Shown in pieces: positions 37,404-50,634 of a stretch of DNA of 64,000 nt. How positions within the stretch are numbered: the first letter of the stretch is position 1; each line of letters starts with the position of its first letter. The notes under the pieces were generated by a model. That model did no database searches. It saw nothing but the letters and a program-made list of their open reading frames with translations, and was not told the DNA's origin. Source of the DNA: Escherichia coli (lineage in GTDB: Bacteria; Pseudomonadota; Gammaproteobacteria; Enterobacterales; Enterobacteriaceae); NCBI RefSeq assembly GCF_003018115.1, contig NZ_CP027457.1; one strand, 5' to 3'. The position numbers were made by a program, and so were the translations under genes.

Positions 37404-39065
37404 TTACGCCGCAAGCAGTTCTTTCGCATTCGCCAGTGTGTTACGTGTGACTTCACTGCCACCAAGCAGGCGCGCCAGCTCTTGTAACCGCGCTTTTTTA
37501 TTCAGGGATTGCATATGCGTTTCTGTCATCGCACCATCGGTTTCTTTGCTGACAAAATAGTGTTGATGACCACATCCCGCGACTTGTGGCAGGTGGGTAA
37601 CACACATCACCTGAGTTGATTCGCCGAGTTGACGCAGCAGTTTGCCGACAACTGCCGCTGTTGGACCGCTAATCCCTACATCCACTTCATCAAAAATCAG
37701 TGCCGGGGTTTCCATTTTACGCGCCGTGATGACCTGAATTGCCAATGCGATGCGGGACAATTCACCACCGGATGCGACTTTGGCAATAGGCTGCATTGGC
37801 TGACCTGGGTTGGTGGTTACCCGAAACTCAATACGATCGGCGCCGTCAGCGCCCAGGTGATGCTCGTCAAATTTGACATCAATCGTAAACTGCCCATGCG
37901 GCATTGAGAGCGCATGCATACTGTCGGTGATCAGCTGTGCAAGTTCTTCTGCATAATGCTGGCGTTGCTGGTGTAATGCGCGCGCCGTTTCCAGTGCCTG
38001 CTGATGATGTTTCGTTACCGCCAGCGCGAGCGTTTCTTGTGAGTCGGCCTGATCGTCCAGTTGCTGCTGTTCTTCCAGTAGCGACTGGTAATACTGTGGC
38101 AATGTCTCAGGGCTGACGTGATGTTTACGTGCCAGCGAAATCTGTTTTGAGATGCGCTGTTCAAGTTCAAACAGTCGGTTGGGATCGAGATCCAGACGAT
38201 CGCAGTAGTGGCGCAGTTCGTCGCTGGCTTCAACAATCTGGATGGTAGCTTCTTCCAGCATATCAAGTACGCCGGACAGTTTGCTGTCCATGCCAATCAA
38301 TTCGCTCACCAGTTGTTTAGCCGTGTAAAGCTGACTTTGCAGGTTTGCGTCTTCACCGTCGGCCATTAATGCCAATGCATTCTGGCTGGTGGTCAGCAAT
38401 TGACCGCTGTTCGCCAGACGTTTGTACTCTTCGTCGATTTGCTCAAACTCTCCGGGCTGCGGATTAAATTCGTTAAGTTCTTTTAATTGGTATTGCAGCA
38501 GTTCCGCACGGGCAGCGCGTTCCTGACTTAACTGTTGATGATGCGCGAGGTCACGGCAGCTTTGATGCCACAACTGATAACGTGCGGTCATTTCCTGGAG
38601 TAGAGAGGTTTCATTGGCATAGCCATCAAGCAGGAACTTTTGGTGCTCGGGTTTGGTGAGTAACTGATGAGCGTGCTGACCATGGATCTGAATCAGCAAC
38701 TGACCCAGTTCGCGCAGTTGTGACAGAGGAACAGCTGTACCGTTGATGAAACCACGGGAGCGACCATCGCTGCTGATCACGCGACGAAGCAAACATTCAT
38801 GCCCGTCTTCAAGCTGGTTTTCTTCCAGCCAGCGCAGAGCCGCTGGCGTATCTTTCAGAGAAAAACGGGCGCACAGGTCAGCGCGAGCAGCGCCGGTACG
38901 CACCATGTCGGCTTCAGCGCGACCACCGAGACAAAGACCGAGGGCATCTATTGCAATAGATTTACCCGCGCCGGTCTCGCCAGTTATTACGGTCATGCCG
39001 CTATGAAAATCAATCTCAAGCTCACGAACGATAGCAAAGTTGCTGATGGTCAGTTGTGCCAACAT
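37404..39065 (-). CDS. recN: DNA repair protein RecN
   Basis: 553 aa; Walker A GETGAGKS; long coiled-coil. Confidence 0.95.
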   Translation of the reverse strand: MLAQLTISNFAIVRELEIDFHSGMTVITGETGAGKSIAIDALGLCLGGRAEADMVRTGAARADLCARFSLKDTPAALRWLEENQLEDGHECLLRRVISSDGRSRGFINGTAVPLSQLRELGQLLIQIHGQHAHQLLTKPEHQKFLLDGYANETSLLQEMTARYQLWHQSCRDLAHHQQLSQERAARAELLQYQLKELNEFNPQPGEFEQIDEEYKRLANSGQLLTTSQNALALMADGEDANLQSQLYTAKQLVSELIGMDSKLSGVLDMLEEATIQIVEASDELRHYCDRLDLDPNRLFELEQRISKQISLARKHHVSPETLPQYYQSLLEEQQQLDDQADSQETLALAVTKHHQQALETARALHQQRQHYAEELAQLITDSMHALSMPHGQFTIDVKFDEHHLGADGADRIEFRVTTNPGQPMQPIAKVASGGELSRIALAIQVITARKMETPALIFDEVDVGISGPTAAVVGKLLRQLGESTQVMCVTHLPQVAGCGHQHYFVSKETDGAMTETHMQSLNKKARLQELARLLGGSEVTRNTLANAKELLAA

Positions 39066-39150
39066 AGTCGTTTTCCTGTATGAAAAACCATTACTGTTAT
39101 TGTGTACAGTATAAACTGGTTTTATATACAGTAAAGAGGCTGGCGTAAAA

Positions 39151-40029
39151 TTAGAATAATTTTTTTGACCAGCCGAGCTTGGTGCTTAATGTATTGAAAT
39201 AACTGTAATCTTTCGGATGAATCAGATTCAGATGGTAATCACAGCGACGAATCAGGACATCTTCACCTTCCTGAATCGGCAGTGCTATCTGGCTGTCGCA
39301 ACTGATTTCCAGGTCGTTACGGCGATGCGAAAAACGCAGACGGATCGTGCTGCTGCTGTTTATGACCAGTGGTCGTGCTGACAACGTATGCGGGAACATG
39401 GGCACCAGGGTAATCGCATCCAGAGAGGGGGTCAGAATAGGACCGCCCGCAGAGAGGGAATAGGCGGTGGAGCCTGTTGGCGTCGAAATAATTAGCCCAT
39501 CAGATCGCTGAGAAAACGCAAAGATCTCGTCGATATACACTTCGAACTCTATCATATGCGCCACTTTGCCTGGATGAAGTACCACTTCATTTATCGCGGT
39601 GCTGATGCGTTTCTGGCAATCTTGCTGACAGACTTGCGCTTCCAGCAAAAAACGTTTCTCGCTGATGTAGTGACCTTCCAGCACATCGGCTAATTGTTGC
39701 TGGGCGTTATCGGGGTCAAGGTCAGTCAGGAAACCCAGGTTGCCACGGTTGATTCCAATAACTTTAATATCGTAACGGGCGAGCGTGCGCGCCGCGCCCA
39801 GCATATTACCGTCGCCACCAACGACTACCGCGAGATCAGCTAGTTGCCCAATCTCCGCGAGCGTGCCAGTTTTCACATTCTTCAGTTGCAGTTCGTGAGC
39901 GATTTGTTGCTCAACGATGACCTCGTAACCTTTTGTGCACAGCCAGCGGTAGAGCATTTCATGTGTTGTCAGTGCAGTAGGGTGCCGTGGGTGTCCCACA
40001 ATGCCAATACACTTGAAATGATTATTCAT
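39151..40029 (-). CDS. nadK: NAD kinase
   Basis: 292 aa; GGDGN motif. Confidence 0.95.
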
Positions 40030-40118
40030 TTTTCCGAGGTCCTTGTTGCGAAGATTGATGACAATGTGAGTGCTTCCCTTGAAACCCTGAAACTGATCCC
40101 CATAATAAGCGAAGTTAG

Positions 40119-40745
<627 letters not shown>

Positions 40746-40799
40746 TTTCTGTTTTCGTAATAATTCACGGCCCTGCATGCGAATGTCGGGCCGTTTTCG

Positions 40800-42062
40800 T
40801 TACTCCGCCACACTCTCGCGCAGCGGTTTCACAGGAAAAACTTTTACCTGCTTAATCATATTGTCCTGTACGTCGAGAATATCGATATCGTACTCGCCAA
40901 TACGCACGCGGGTGCCTGCGACAGGAATCTCTTCCAGTGCCTCAAGAATGACGCCATTAACCGTGCGGGCATCATCTTCCGGTAGATGCCAGTTAAAGGC
41001 TTTGTTGATTTCCCGCACGTTGGCAGTGCCATCAATAATCACCGAACCGTCGTTTTGCGGCGTGACCTCTTCGGCAAGTGTTGGCGACATCGACGTAGTG
41101 AAATCGCCGACAATCTCTTCCAGAATATCTTCAACCGTCACCAGCCCCTGAATGTCTCCATACTCGTTGACGACCAGGCCGACTTTCTTTTTGTTGCGCT
41201 GAAACTTCACCAACTGCGTGCTGAGCGGCGTACCTTCCGGCACAAAATAGATCTCGTCCGCGGCGCGCAGCATGGTTTCTTTGGTGAACTCTTTTTTCTC
41301 AGACATCAACCGCCAGGCTTCACGTACTCGCAGCATACTGATGGCGTCGTCCAGCGAATCACGGTAGAGCACGATGCGCCCGTGAGGTGAGTGGGAGAGT
41401 TGGCGCAGAATAGATTTCCAGTCATCGTTGATATCAATACCGATAATTTCACTGCGCGGCACCATGATGTCATCAACGGTCATTTTTTCCAGATCGAGCA
41501 CCGACAGCAGCATATCCTGATTGCGACGGGAAATTTGTGAGCGCGATTCGTGCACGATAGTGCGCAACTCTTCTTTGCTCAAAGAGCCGCTAACCACGAT
41601 ATCGGTTTTGATACCCATCATGCGCATCAGCATACGGGTGATAGCATTCAGCAACCAGACCAGCGGCATCATCAAAATTTGCAGCGGTGCTAACAGAATA
41701 CTACTCGGGTAAGCGACTTTTTCCGGGTATAGCGCAGCGATAGTTTTCGGCAACACCTCGGCAAAAACCAGCACCACAAAGGTCAGCACACCAGTCGCAA
41801 TTGCCACGCCCGCATCGCCGTACAAACGCATCCCAACAATAGTGCCGAGCGCGGAGGCAAGAATATTGACCAGGTTATTGCCGATTAACACCAGGCTTAT
41901 TAGGCGGTCTGGCTTACGCAGCAATTTTTCGACGCGTTTGGCCGAGCGATTACCCTGTTTCGCCATATGTCGCAGACGATAGCGGTTCAGGGTCATCATT
42001 CCGGTTTCGGACCCGGAAAAATAGGCTGAAATGACCACCATGATGATCAGAATAATGATCAA
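40800..42062 (-). CDS. yfjD: CNNM/CorC-family inner membrane protein (DUF21 + CBS pair + CorC_HlyC)
   Basis: 420 aa; N-terminal TM helices, CBS region, K-12 synteny. Confidence 0.85.
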   Translation of the reverse strand: MIIILIIMVVISAYFSGSETGMMTLNRYRLRHMAKQGNRSAKRVEKLLRKPDRLISLVLIGNNLVNILASALGTIVGMRLYGDAGVAIATGVLTFVVLVFAEVLPKTIAALYPEKVAYPSSILLAPLQILMMPLVWLLNAITRMLMRMMGIKTDIVVSGSLSKEELRTIVHESRSQISRRNQDMLLSVLDLEKMTVDDIMVPRSEIIGIDINDDWKSILRQLSHSPHGRIVLYRDSLDDAISMLRVREAWRLMSEKKEFTKETMLRAADEIYFVPEGTPLSTQLVKFQRNKKKVGLVVNEYGDIQGLVTVEDILEEIVGDFTTSMSPTLAEEVTPQNDGSVIIDGTANVREINKAFNWHLPEDDARTVNGVILEALEEIPVAGTRVRIGEYDIDILDVQDNMIKQVKVFPVKPLRESVAE

Positions 42063-42106
42063 CGTAGTAGTAGAAATGTGTTCCAGGGGAAACTCCTTTT
42101 CTGGGT

Positions 42107-42898
42107 TTAGCTGATTAACTGCTGGACAATTCGGCTGCCGAAGTAGGCCAGTGTCAGAATGACTGCACCCGCAACGTTAAACCAGACGACGCGGCGTCCA
42201 CGCCATCCTTCATGATAATGTCCCCACAGCAGCACAATATAGACAAACCACGCCACGATAGAGAGCACAGCCTTGTCGATATTTTCCATGCTAAATAAGT
42301 TGTGCATGTAGAACAGGCCAGTGCAAAGCGTGAGCGTTAGCAGCACCACGCCAATCTGCGTGATGTGGAACATTTTACGCTCGATACTCATCAATGGCGG
42401 CATTTCCTGGTTAAACGCCAGCTTCTTGTTCTTCAGTTGGTAATCAATCCACGCCAGTTGCAGCGCGTACAGGGCGGCGATAATTAGCGTGGCATAGGAA
42501 AAGAGCGATAAGCCAATGTGCACCAGCATCCCAGGCGTTGCTTCCAGATGGGTGATGTATTCATTGGGCATGAAGGTCGCCAGCGCCAGGTTGATAAGCG
42601 CAAAGGCATAGACAATGGGTAGCAGCAACCAGCCACGATTGCGAGAAGCCACAATGGTCATTACCGTACAGATCATCAAACTGACCAATGAACCAACGTT
42701 CAGCAGGCTGAGGTTTTGTCCGCTATCACCGTCGGGCAGGATGCGGGCTTCCAGAGCGATTGCGTGGCAGACCAGCGCAATGACCGCAGAAATAATAGCC
42801 ATGCGCCGCCAGCCGCCGTTTTTTTGCAGCAGACCGGGAACAATCAGCGCAAGACTGACGGAGTAGGCGACAAGCGCGAGCAGAGCAAAAACGGGCAT
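42107..42898 (-). CDS. ypjD: inner membrane protein YpjD (cytochrome c assembly-like)
   Basis: 263 aa from internal Met of the 288-aa ORF; polytopic membrane protein. Confidence 0.8.
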   Translation of the reverse strand: MPVFALLALVAYSVSLALIVPGLLQKNGGWRRMAIISAVIALVCHAIALEARILPDGDSGQNLSLLNVGSLVSLMICTVMTIVASRNRGWLLLPIVYAFALINLALATFMPNEYITHLEATPGMLVHIGLSLFSYATLIIAALYALQLAWIDYQLKNKKLAFNQEMPPLMSIERKMFHITQIGVVLLTLTLCTGLFYMHNLFSMENIDKAVLSIVAWFVYIVLLWGHYHEGWRGRRVVWFNVAGAVILTLAYFGSRIVQQLIS

Positions 42899-43064
42899 AG
42901 TAATGTCGACAGTTTGAGCAATAAGAAAGAGAAGCAGTATAGCGTCAGGTGAACGCTGCTCCAACCGTTGCATAACAACAAAGACGCCTTCATGTTATAC
43001 TGCGGCAAAATACTGATGATGTGTCGCGATTGCGGCCAACCGTTTCCACCCCAGGCGAGAGACA

Positions 43065-44426
43065 ATGTTTGATAATTTAACCGATCGTTTGTCGCGCACG
43101 CTGCGCAATATCAGTGGCCGTGGACGCCTCACTGAAGACAACGTAAAAGATACGCTGCGCGAAGTGCGCATGGCGCTGCTGGAGGCGGACGTCGCTCTGC
43201 CGGTAGTGCGTGAGTTTATCAATCGCGTAAAAGAGAAAGCGGTTGGTCATGAAGTTAATAAGAGCCTGACGCCGGGGCAGGAGTTCGTCAAAATCGTCCG
43301 TAACGAACTGGTTGCGGCGATGGGCGAAGAGAACCAGACCCTGAACCTGGCTGCGCAACCGCCAGCGGTCGTGCTGATGGCGGGCCTGCAAGGTGCCGGT
43401 AAAACAACCAGCGTTGGTAAACTCGGTAAGTTCCTGCGCGAGAAGCACAAGAAGAAAGTGTTGGTGGTTTCTGCCGACGTCTATCGCCCGGCGGCAATCA
43501 AACAGCTTGAGACGCTGGCTGAGCAGGTGGGCGTTGATTTCTTCCCTTCTGATGTTGGTCAGAAGCCGGTAGATATCGTTAACGCGGCGCTGAAAGAAGC
43601 CAAACTGAAATTCTACGACGTGCTGCTGGTGGATACCGCTGGTCGTCTGCACGTTGACGAAGCGATGATGGACGAGATCAAACAAGTCCATGCGTCGATT
43701 AACCCGGTTGAAACCCTGTTTGTGGTTGACGCCATGACCGGTCAGGATGCGGCCAATACGGCAAAAGCATTCAATGAAGCGTTACCGCTTACCGGCGTAG
43801 TGTTGACCAAAGTGGACGGCGATGCCCGCGGCGGTGCGGCGCTCTCTATTCGTCACATCACTGGCAAACCGATCAAGTTCCTCGGTGTTGGCGAGAAAAC
43901 TGAGGCGCTGGAGCCGTTCCATCCGGACCGCATCGCGTCGCGTATTCTCGGCATGGGCGACGTACTGTCGCTGATCGAAGATATCGAAAGCAAAGTTGAC
44001 CGCGCGCAGGCAGAGAAATTAGCCAGCAAGCTGAAAAAAGGTGACGGCTTCGATCTCAACGACTTTCTTGAGCAGCTGCGCCAGATGAAAAATATGGGCG
44101 GCATGGCTAGCCTGATGGGCAAGCTGCCGGGCATGGGGCAGATCCCGGATAACGTCAAGTCGCAGATGGACGATAAAGTGCTGGTGCGTATGGAAGCCAT
44201 CATCAACTCGATGACGATGAAAGAGCGCGCTAAGCCAGAAATCATCAAAGGTTCGCGTAAACGCCGTATTGCTGCCGGTTGCGGTATGCAGGTGCAGGAC
44301 GTTAACCGTCTTCTGAAACAGTTCGACGACATGCAGCGCATGATGAAGAAAATGAAGAAGGGCGGAATGGCGAAGATGATGAGAAGCATGAAGGGGATGA
44401 TGCCGCCGGGATTTCCTGGTCGCTAA
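43065..44426 (+). CDS. ffh: signal recognition particle protein Ffh
   Basis: 453 aa; GLQGAGKTT, DTAGR motifs; Met-rich C-terminus. Confidence 0.95.
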   Translation: MFDNLTDRLSRTLRNISGRGRLTEDNVKDTLREVRMALLEADVALPVVREFINRVKEKAVGHEVNKSLTPGQEFVKIVRNELVAAMGEENQTLNLAAQPPAVVLMAGLQGAGKTTSVGKLGKFLREKHKKKVLVVSADVYRPAAIKQLETLAEQVGVDFFPSDVGQKPVDIVNAALKEAKLKFYDVLLVDTAGRLHVDEAMMDEIKQVHASINPVETLFVVDAMTGQDAANTAKAFNEALPLTGVVLTKVDGDARGGAALSIRHITGKPIKFLGVGEKTEALEPFHPDRIASRILGMGDVLSLIEDIESKVDRAQAEKLASKLKKGDGFDLNDFLEQLRQMKNMGGMASLMGKLPGMGQIPDNVKSQMDDKVLVRMEAIINSMTMKERAKPEIIKGSRKRRIAAGCGMQVQDVNRLLKQFDDMQRMMKKMKKGGMAKMMRSMKGMMPPGFPGR

Positions 44427-44484
44427 ATGACCTTATGCGACAGAGTTATTAACTGCTGATTGCATTTTCTCCAGAAATCAGTAA

Positions 44485-44811
<327 letters not shown>

Positions 44812-44829
44812 TCTGTCACGGTGGTCATG

Positions 44830-45378
44830 ATGAGCAAACAACTCACCGCGCAAGCACCTGTTGATCCCATCGTTTTGGGAAAAATGGGTTCGTCTTACGG
44901 TATTCGTGGGTGGCTCAGAGTGTTTTCTTCCACCGAAGACGCCGAAAGCATTTTTGACTATCAGCCCTGGTTTATCCAGAAGGCGGGTCAGTGGCAGCAA
45001 GTCCAGCTGGAAAGCTGGAAGCACCACAATCAGGACATGATCATCAAGCTGAAAGGCGTTGACGATCGTGATGCGGCGAACCTGCTGACGAATTGTGAAA
45101 TTGTCGTGGATTCATCGCAGCTGCCTCAGCTTGAAGAGGGTGACTACTACTGGAAAGACCTGATGGGCTGCCAGGTAGTAACCACTGAAGGCTACGATCT
45201 CGGTAAAGTCGTCGATATGATGGAAACCGGATCTAATGACGTTCTCGTCATTAAGGCAAACCTGAAAGATGCGTTTGGTATCAAGGAACGTCTCGTACCG
45301 TTCCTCGATGGGCAGGTTATCAAGAAAGTCGATCTCACTACTCGTTCAATCGAAGTAGATTGGGATCCTGGTTTTTAA
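44830..45378 (+). CDS. rimM: ribosome maturation factor RimM
   Basis: 182 aa from [10 protein letters not shown]... Confidence 0.9.
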
Positions 45379-45408
45379 ACCACCGGATAAACGGTAAAAG
45401 ACGGCGCT

Positions 45409-46176
45409 ATGTGGATTGGCATAATTAGCCTGTTTCCTGAAATGTTCCGCGCAATTACCGATTACGGGGTAACTGGCCGGGCAGTTAAAAATGGCCTGCT
45501 GAGCATCCAGAGCTGGAGTCCTCGCGACTTCACGCATGACCGGCACCGTACCGTGGACGATCGTCCTTACGGCGGCGGACCGGGGATGTTAATGATGGTG
45601 CAACCCTTGCGGGACGCCATTCATGCAGCAAAAGCCGCGGCGGGTGAAGGCGCAAAGGTGATTTATCTGTCACCACAGGGACGCAAGCTTGATCAAGCGG
45701 GCGTCAGCGAACTGGCAACGAATCAAAAATTGATTCTGGTGTGCGGTCGCTACGAAGGTATAGATGAGCGCGTGATCCAAAACGAAATTGACGAAGAATG
45801 GTCAATCGGCGATTACGTTCTCAGTGGTGGTGAGTTACCAGCAATGACGCTGATTGACTCCGTTTCCCGGTTTATTCCGGGAGTACTGGGACATGAAGCC
45901 TCGGCAACGGAAGATTCCTTTGCTGAAGGATTGCTGGATTGCCCGCACTATACGCGGCCTGAGGTGTTAGAAGGGATGGAAGTTCCGCCAGTGTTACTGT
46001 CGGGCAACCATGCCGAGATACGTCGCTGGCGTTTGAAACAGTCGCTGGGCCGTACCTGGCTTAGAAGACCTGAACTTCTGGAAAACCTGGCTCTGACTGA
46101 AGAGCAAGCAAGGTTGCTGGCGGAGTTCAAAACGGAACACGCACAACAGCAACATAAACATGATGGGATGGCGTAA
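45409..46176 (+). CDS. trmD: tRNA (guanine37-N1)-methyltransferase TrmD
   Basis: 255 aa; operon rpsP-rimM-trmD-rplS. Confidence 0.95.
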   Translation: MWIGIISLFPEMFRAITDYGVTGRAVKNGLLSIQSWSPRDFTHDRHRTVDDRPYGGGPGMLMMVQPLRDAIHAAKAAAGEGAKVIYLSPQGRKLDQAGVSELATNQKLILVCGRYEGIDERVIQNEIDEEWSIGDYVLSGGELPAMTLIDSVSRFIPGVLGHEASATEDSFAEGLLDCPHYTRPEVLEGMEVPPVLLSGNHAEIRRWRLKQSLGRTWLRRPELLENLALTEEQARLLAEFKTEHAQQQHKHDGMA

Positions 46177-46214
46177 GCCCCCGAGATATCAGTTTACCCA
46201 GGATAAGAGATTAA

Positions 46215-46565
<351 letters not shown>

Positions 46566-46595
46566 GATTTCGCTTAAGCGACATCCTGTTAAGAA

Positions 46596-46624
46596 GGGCT
46601 GGCCAATTGGCTGGCCCTTTTTTT
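46596..46624. terminator. Rho-independent terminator after rplS
   Basis: GGGCTGGCC-aatt-GGCTGGCCC followed by TTTTTTT. Confidence 0.8.
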
Positions 46625-46641
46625 GTCTGTTTGCTCGTGTT

Positions 46642-47124
46642 TTAAGGGGTTGTAATCACCACTGCGACGCGGCGGTTCTCGGCGCGGCCCTGGGCGGTCT
46701 TGTTACTGGCTATGGGATATTTTTTTCCTAAACCCTGTGTGGTGAGATTGCTGCGTGGAATTTGTCCACCCATAGCCCATGCATCGGCCACGACATTCGC
46801 CCGTTTCAATGATAAGCCTTCGTTGTAACTGTCTTCACCATAGTTATCGGTGTGTCCATCCATACGGGCATGTGTTAGCCCTGTCGAGGCCAATTTGGCT
46901 GCCATGGTTTGGATCTGTTGCTGGCTTTCCGGGAGCAATTTGTAGTCATTTTTTGCGAACAGAATGGCATCTGATAAGCCCAGCGACCAGTCGCCGGCCG
47001 ATTCAGTAAATCCATAAGATTGCATAGCGGCGACTTGCTCAGGAGTAAACTTTCCCTGAGGGGACTGGCAGCCAGTCAGTATTAGTGAGGTGAAAATCAG
47101 GGGTGCTACCAGGTGCTTTATCAT
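46642..47124 (-). CDS. yfiB: OmpA-family lipoprotein YfiB
   Basis: 160 aa; lipobox LTGC; OmpA-like C-terminus. Confidence 0.9.
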   Translation of the reverse strand: MIKHLVAPLIFTSLILTGCQSPQGKFTPEQVAAMQSYGFTESAGDWSLGLSDAILFAKNDYKLLPESQQQIQTMAAKLASTGLTHARMDGHTDNYGEDSYNEGLSLKRANVVADAWAMGGQIPRSNLTTQGLGKKYPIASNKTAQGRAENRRVAVVITTP

Positions 47125-47139
47125 ATCGATATATCCTTG

Positions 47140-48366
47140 TTATCTCACCAGCTTTTCGGCACGCTGGTGTTTGGCCTGATACATATTGTGATCGGCAAGC
47201 TCTTGTAATTTTTCCGCAGAGGCGTGCTCAATGGTCATCGCGTAACCAATGCTTAATGTCATGGTGGTCTGATGGCCATTATGAAGATCAAACGGGAGAT
47301 TAAAGATTTGTGTCAGTGCTGAGCATATCTGCTGCACTTCAGATTCCGACTGTACATCATAGAGCACCATCGCGAATTCATCGCCGCCCAGGCGGTATGC
47401 TTTATGTCGTAGCCCGCCAAATTCAGCTAACCGTTTTGCGATTTCAATCAAGACTCGATCGCCCGTCGCATGACCCCAGGTATCATTGATATATTTGAAA
47501 TTATCGCCATCAAGAAATAGTAACGCCGACGTTTTTCGGGCAGCGGAATTGTTCATCAACGTGTTGATGCCGCTACGAAACGCTGCGCGGTTAGCCAGCC
47601 CGGTTAATGGGTCATGTAGCGCGGTACGTAGAAGCTGCGCATTTTTGGCCTGTAAACGAAGCTGCCACTCTTCCATTTCATCCAGCAGACTGTTGAAGTC
47701 GAGAGCGAAGCGGTGAAACTCAGCGATACGTTCTTCCGAAACTCGTCGGGAAAAATTGCGGTTGGAACGCACATCATGTACGACATCGGTGATATTTTTC
47801 AGTGCTTCCACCAGGCCATTGTGCAAATGGCGGGTGAGGGTAATTGCGATTCCTGATGCCAGCAGAATACAACCGGTCAGTACGGCGAGCGAAAACCAGA
47901 TAAAATGGCTGATTGAACTGTCGCGAGCGGTTAAGCGTACTTCACCAATGGTTTCGCCATTGTGACGAATCGGCTGAATGATGGGAGCAGGGAAGAGCCA
48001 GTGGCTTATGAAATTGCTGAAAGTATCGCCTGGATCCTTACGGGTGTAATGCCAGGATGCCAGAATATTTTGCTGCTTATCACGTACTTCTGCAGTTGAA
48101 AATTGCCCTTGCTGGCCCAGCGCTGCCAGTGTTTCAGTTGCTGCAGGGCCATCGGCAAAAACGACAGCTGCTTCCAGACTGTAAGTCATTGTTGCTGCTG
48201 TCAGTGCCAGGTTTTTTTGCGCGTACTGTTTCAGGGTCAGCACCGAGGTCACGGAAAGCAGCAACCAGATCAGCATCATAGTGATAAATATGCTGGTCAT
48301 ACTGATGTTGCGTAATGCTCTTTTAAACGTGGGGCGCTTATTAAGAGAATTATCGTTATCCATCAT
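47140..48366 (-). CDS. dgcN: diguanylate cyclase DgcN (YfiN), membrane-bound GGDEF protein
   Basis: 408 aa; RLGGDEF motif; yfiRNB operon. Confidence 0.9.
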
Positions 48367-48874
48367 TTTTCTTCCGTGCGAGCATTAAGACATCCGGGTT
48401 GACCTTTACACCGCTACGCGATAAGGCATCCAGGTTTACGGCAAATCTGACGTCATTATTGTGGATGATCAGACAAAAGGCGCTACCAATAATGCACTCG
48501 GTATTTTGTTCGGCAATTAATAATAACGCCTTTGACGGATATTGTTCGGTTAATTCCATCTGGAATGTCGGTGACTCGTTGCCAAAATAAAAACCATTGC
48601 AGCCTGAAATCATCGCCTCTTGTTGAGTGTGAATGATGACAGGCAGATAAGGCAAAGATGTCGCGGCATTCTCTTGTAGAGCGGTACTAAAACGTGAAGA
48701 TGAAAAGATACATAACTTTGGTGGCCCTGATAGCGCAGGCCAGCGGGTGTAACTGACAATACCGGAAACCATCATACGCACGTTTTTCGCAACGTCAGAA
48801 GGCTCCTGAGCGAGTATTGGTGCTCCCGTCAGCAGGAGAATCAGCAGTAAGAACAGTCGGTGAGAAAAACGCAT
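48356..48874 (-). CDS. yfiR: periplasmic DgcN repressor YfiR
   Basis: 172 aa with signal peptide; overlaps dgcN start. Confidence 0.85.
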
Positions 48875-49023
48875 TCAGGGATCCCCACCATCTTCGCTCG
48901 AAATGCATCGATATTTTTTCAGAATGCTCATTAAAATATCATTATTTCATGCGGTCGTCATCATTGTGAGAAATAAAACATAATGAGTAAAATCTTATGT
49001 TTAATTTATTTGTGGGGTTTTAA

Positions 49024-49383
49024 TTAATTTAATCGTATTGCGCTGGCATTTTCAACATTGTTGCAGCTGGCAGGAAAGCTTTTACCGGAAAGTCCTCGGG
49101 CATAAGTAAAATCGGTCTGGCAAGTTTTCTTTTGTCCTTCGGCATATCCTTTAAGGTATAGACCGCGATCCGCCTGTGAATCGCTAAATGCATCGTCATC
49201 TTTTATGGCGCTGCCCGATATCGCATCTTCCATACCAACATCATACCAGTCGGTGCTGGTCAAGGTTGGCGCGTGAGTATAAGGATCAATCTGGCATCCG
49301 CTAACCAGTAAAGCCAACAAGGGGGCGATAAACTTTTTCATCATTTCTTTCTCCTTTTTCAAAGCATAGCGGATTGTTTTCAA
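49024..49383 (-). CDS. yfiL: lipoprotein YfiL
   Basis: 119 aa with lipobox LVSGC. Confidence 0.75.
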   Translation of the reverse strand: MKTIRYALKKEKEMMKKFIAPLLALLVSGCQIDPYTHAPTLTSTDWYDVGMEDAISGSAIKDDDAFSDSQADRGLYLKGYAEGQKKTCQTDFTYARGLSGKSFPASCNNVENASAIRLN

Positions 49384-49553
49384 AGGTGGTGTAAATTTAT
49401 CTATACAGAATCAAGGGTTGAAAGCGCGAATAAATTGCTTATGTAAAGAAAAATGTACGAAATATGGATTGAAAACTTTACTTTATGTGTTATCGTTACG
49501 TCATCCTCGCTGAGGATCAACTATCGCAAACGAGCATAAACAGGATCGCCATC

Positions 49554-50624
49554 ATGCAAAAAGACGCGCTGAATAACGTACATATTACCGACGAACAGGT
49601 TTTAATGACTCCGGCACAACTGAAGGCCGCTTTTCCATTAAGCCTGCAACAAGAAGCCCAGATTGCTGACTCGCGTAAAACCATTTCAGATATTATCGCC
49701 GGGCGCGATCCTCGTCTGCTGGTAGTATGTGGTCCTTGTTCCATTCATGATCCGGAAACTGCTCTGGAATATGCTCGTCGATTTAAAGCCCTTGCCGCAG
49801 AGGTCAGCGATAGCCTCTATCTGGTAATGCGCGTCTATTTTGAAAAACCCCGTACCACTGTCGGCTGGAAAGGGTTAATTAACGATCCCCATATGGATGG
49901 CTCTTTTGATGTAGAAGCCGGGCTGCAGATCGCGCGTAAATTGCTGCTTGAGCTGGTGAATATGGGACTGCCACTGGCGACGGAAGCGTTAGATCCGAAT
50001 AGCCCGCAATACCTGGGCGATCTGTTTAGCTGGTCAGCAATTGGTGCTCGTACAACGGAATCGCAAACTCACCGTGAAATGGCCTCCGGGCTTTCCATGC
50101 CGGTTGGTTTTAAAAACGGCACCGACGGCAGTCTGGCAACAGCAATTAACGCTATGCGCGCCGCCGCCCAGCCGCACCGTTTTGTTGGCATTAACCAGGC
50201 AGGGCAGGTTGCGTTGCTACAAACTCAGGGGAATCCGGACGGACATGTGATCCTGCGCGGTGGTAAAGCGCCGAACTATAGCCCTGCGGATGTTGCGCAA
50301 TGTGAAAAAGAGATGGAACAGGCGGGACTGCGCCCGTCTCTGATGGTAGATTGCAGCCACGGTAATTCCAATAAAGATTATCGCCGTCAGCCTGCGGTGG
50401 CAGAATCCGTGGTTGCTCAAATCAAAGATGGCAATCGCTCAATTATTGGTCTGATGATCGAAAGTAATATCCACGAGGGCAATCAGTCTTCCGAGCAACC
50501 GCGCAGTGAAATGAAATACGGTGTATCCGTAACCGATGCCTGCATTAGCTGGGAAATGACCGATGCCTTGCTGCGTGAAATTCATCAGGATCTGAACGGG
50601 CAGCTGACGGCTCGCGTGGCTTAA
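49554..50624 (+). CDS. aroF: DAHP synthase, Tyr-sensitive (AroF)
   Basis: 356 aa from [11 protein letters not shown]... Confidence 0.95.
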   Translation: MQKDALNNVHITDEQVLMTPAQLKAAFPLSLQQEAQIADSRKTISDIIAGRDPRLLVVCGPCSIHDPETALEYARRFKALAAEVSDSLYLVMRVYFEKPRTTVGWKGLINDPHMDGSFDVEAGLQIARKLLLELVNMGLPLATEALDPNSPQYLGDLFSWSAIGARTTESQTHREMASGLSMPVGFKNGTDGSLATAINAMRAAAQPHRFVGINQAGQVALLQTQGNPDGHVILRGGKAPNYSPADVAQCEKEMEQAGLRPSLMVDCSHGNSNKDYRRQPAVAESVVAQIKDGNRSIIGLMIESNIHEGNQSSEQPRSEMKYGVSVTDACISWEMTDALLREIHQDLNGQLTARVA

Positions 50625-50634
50625 GAGGTTTATT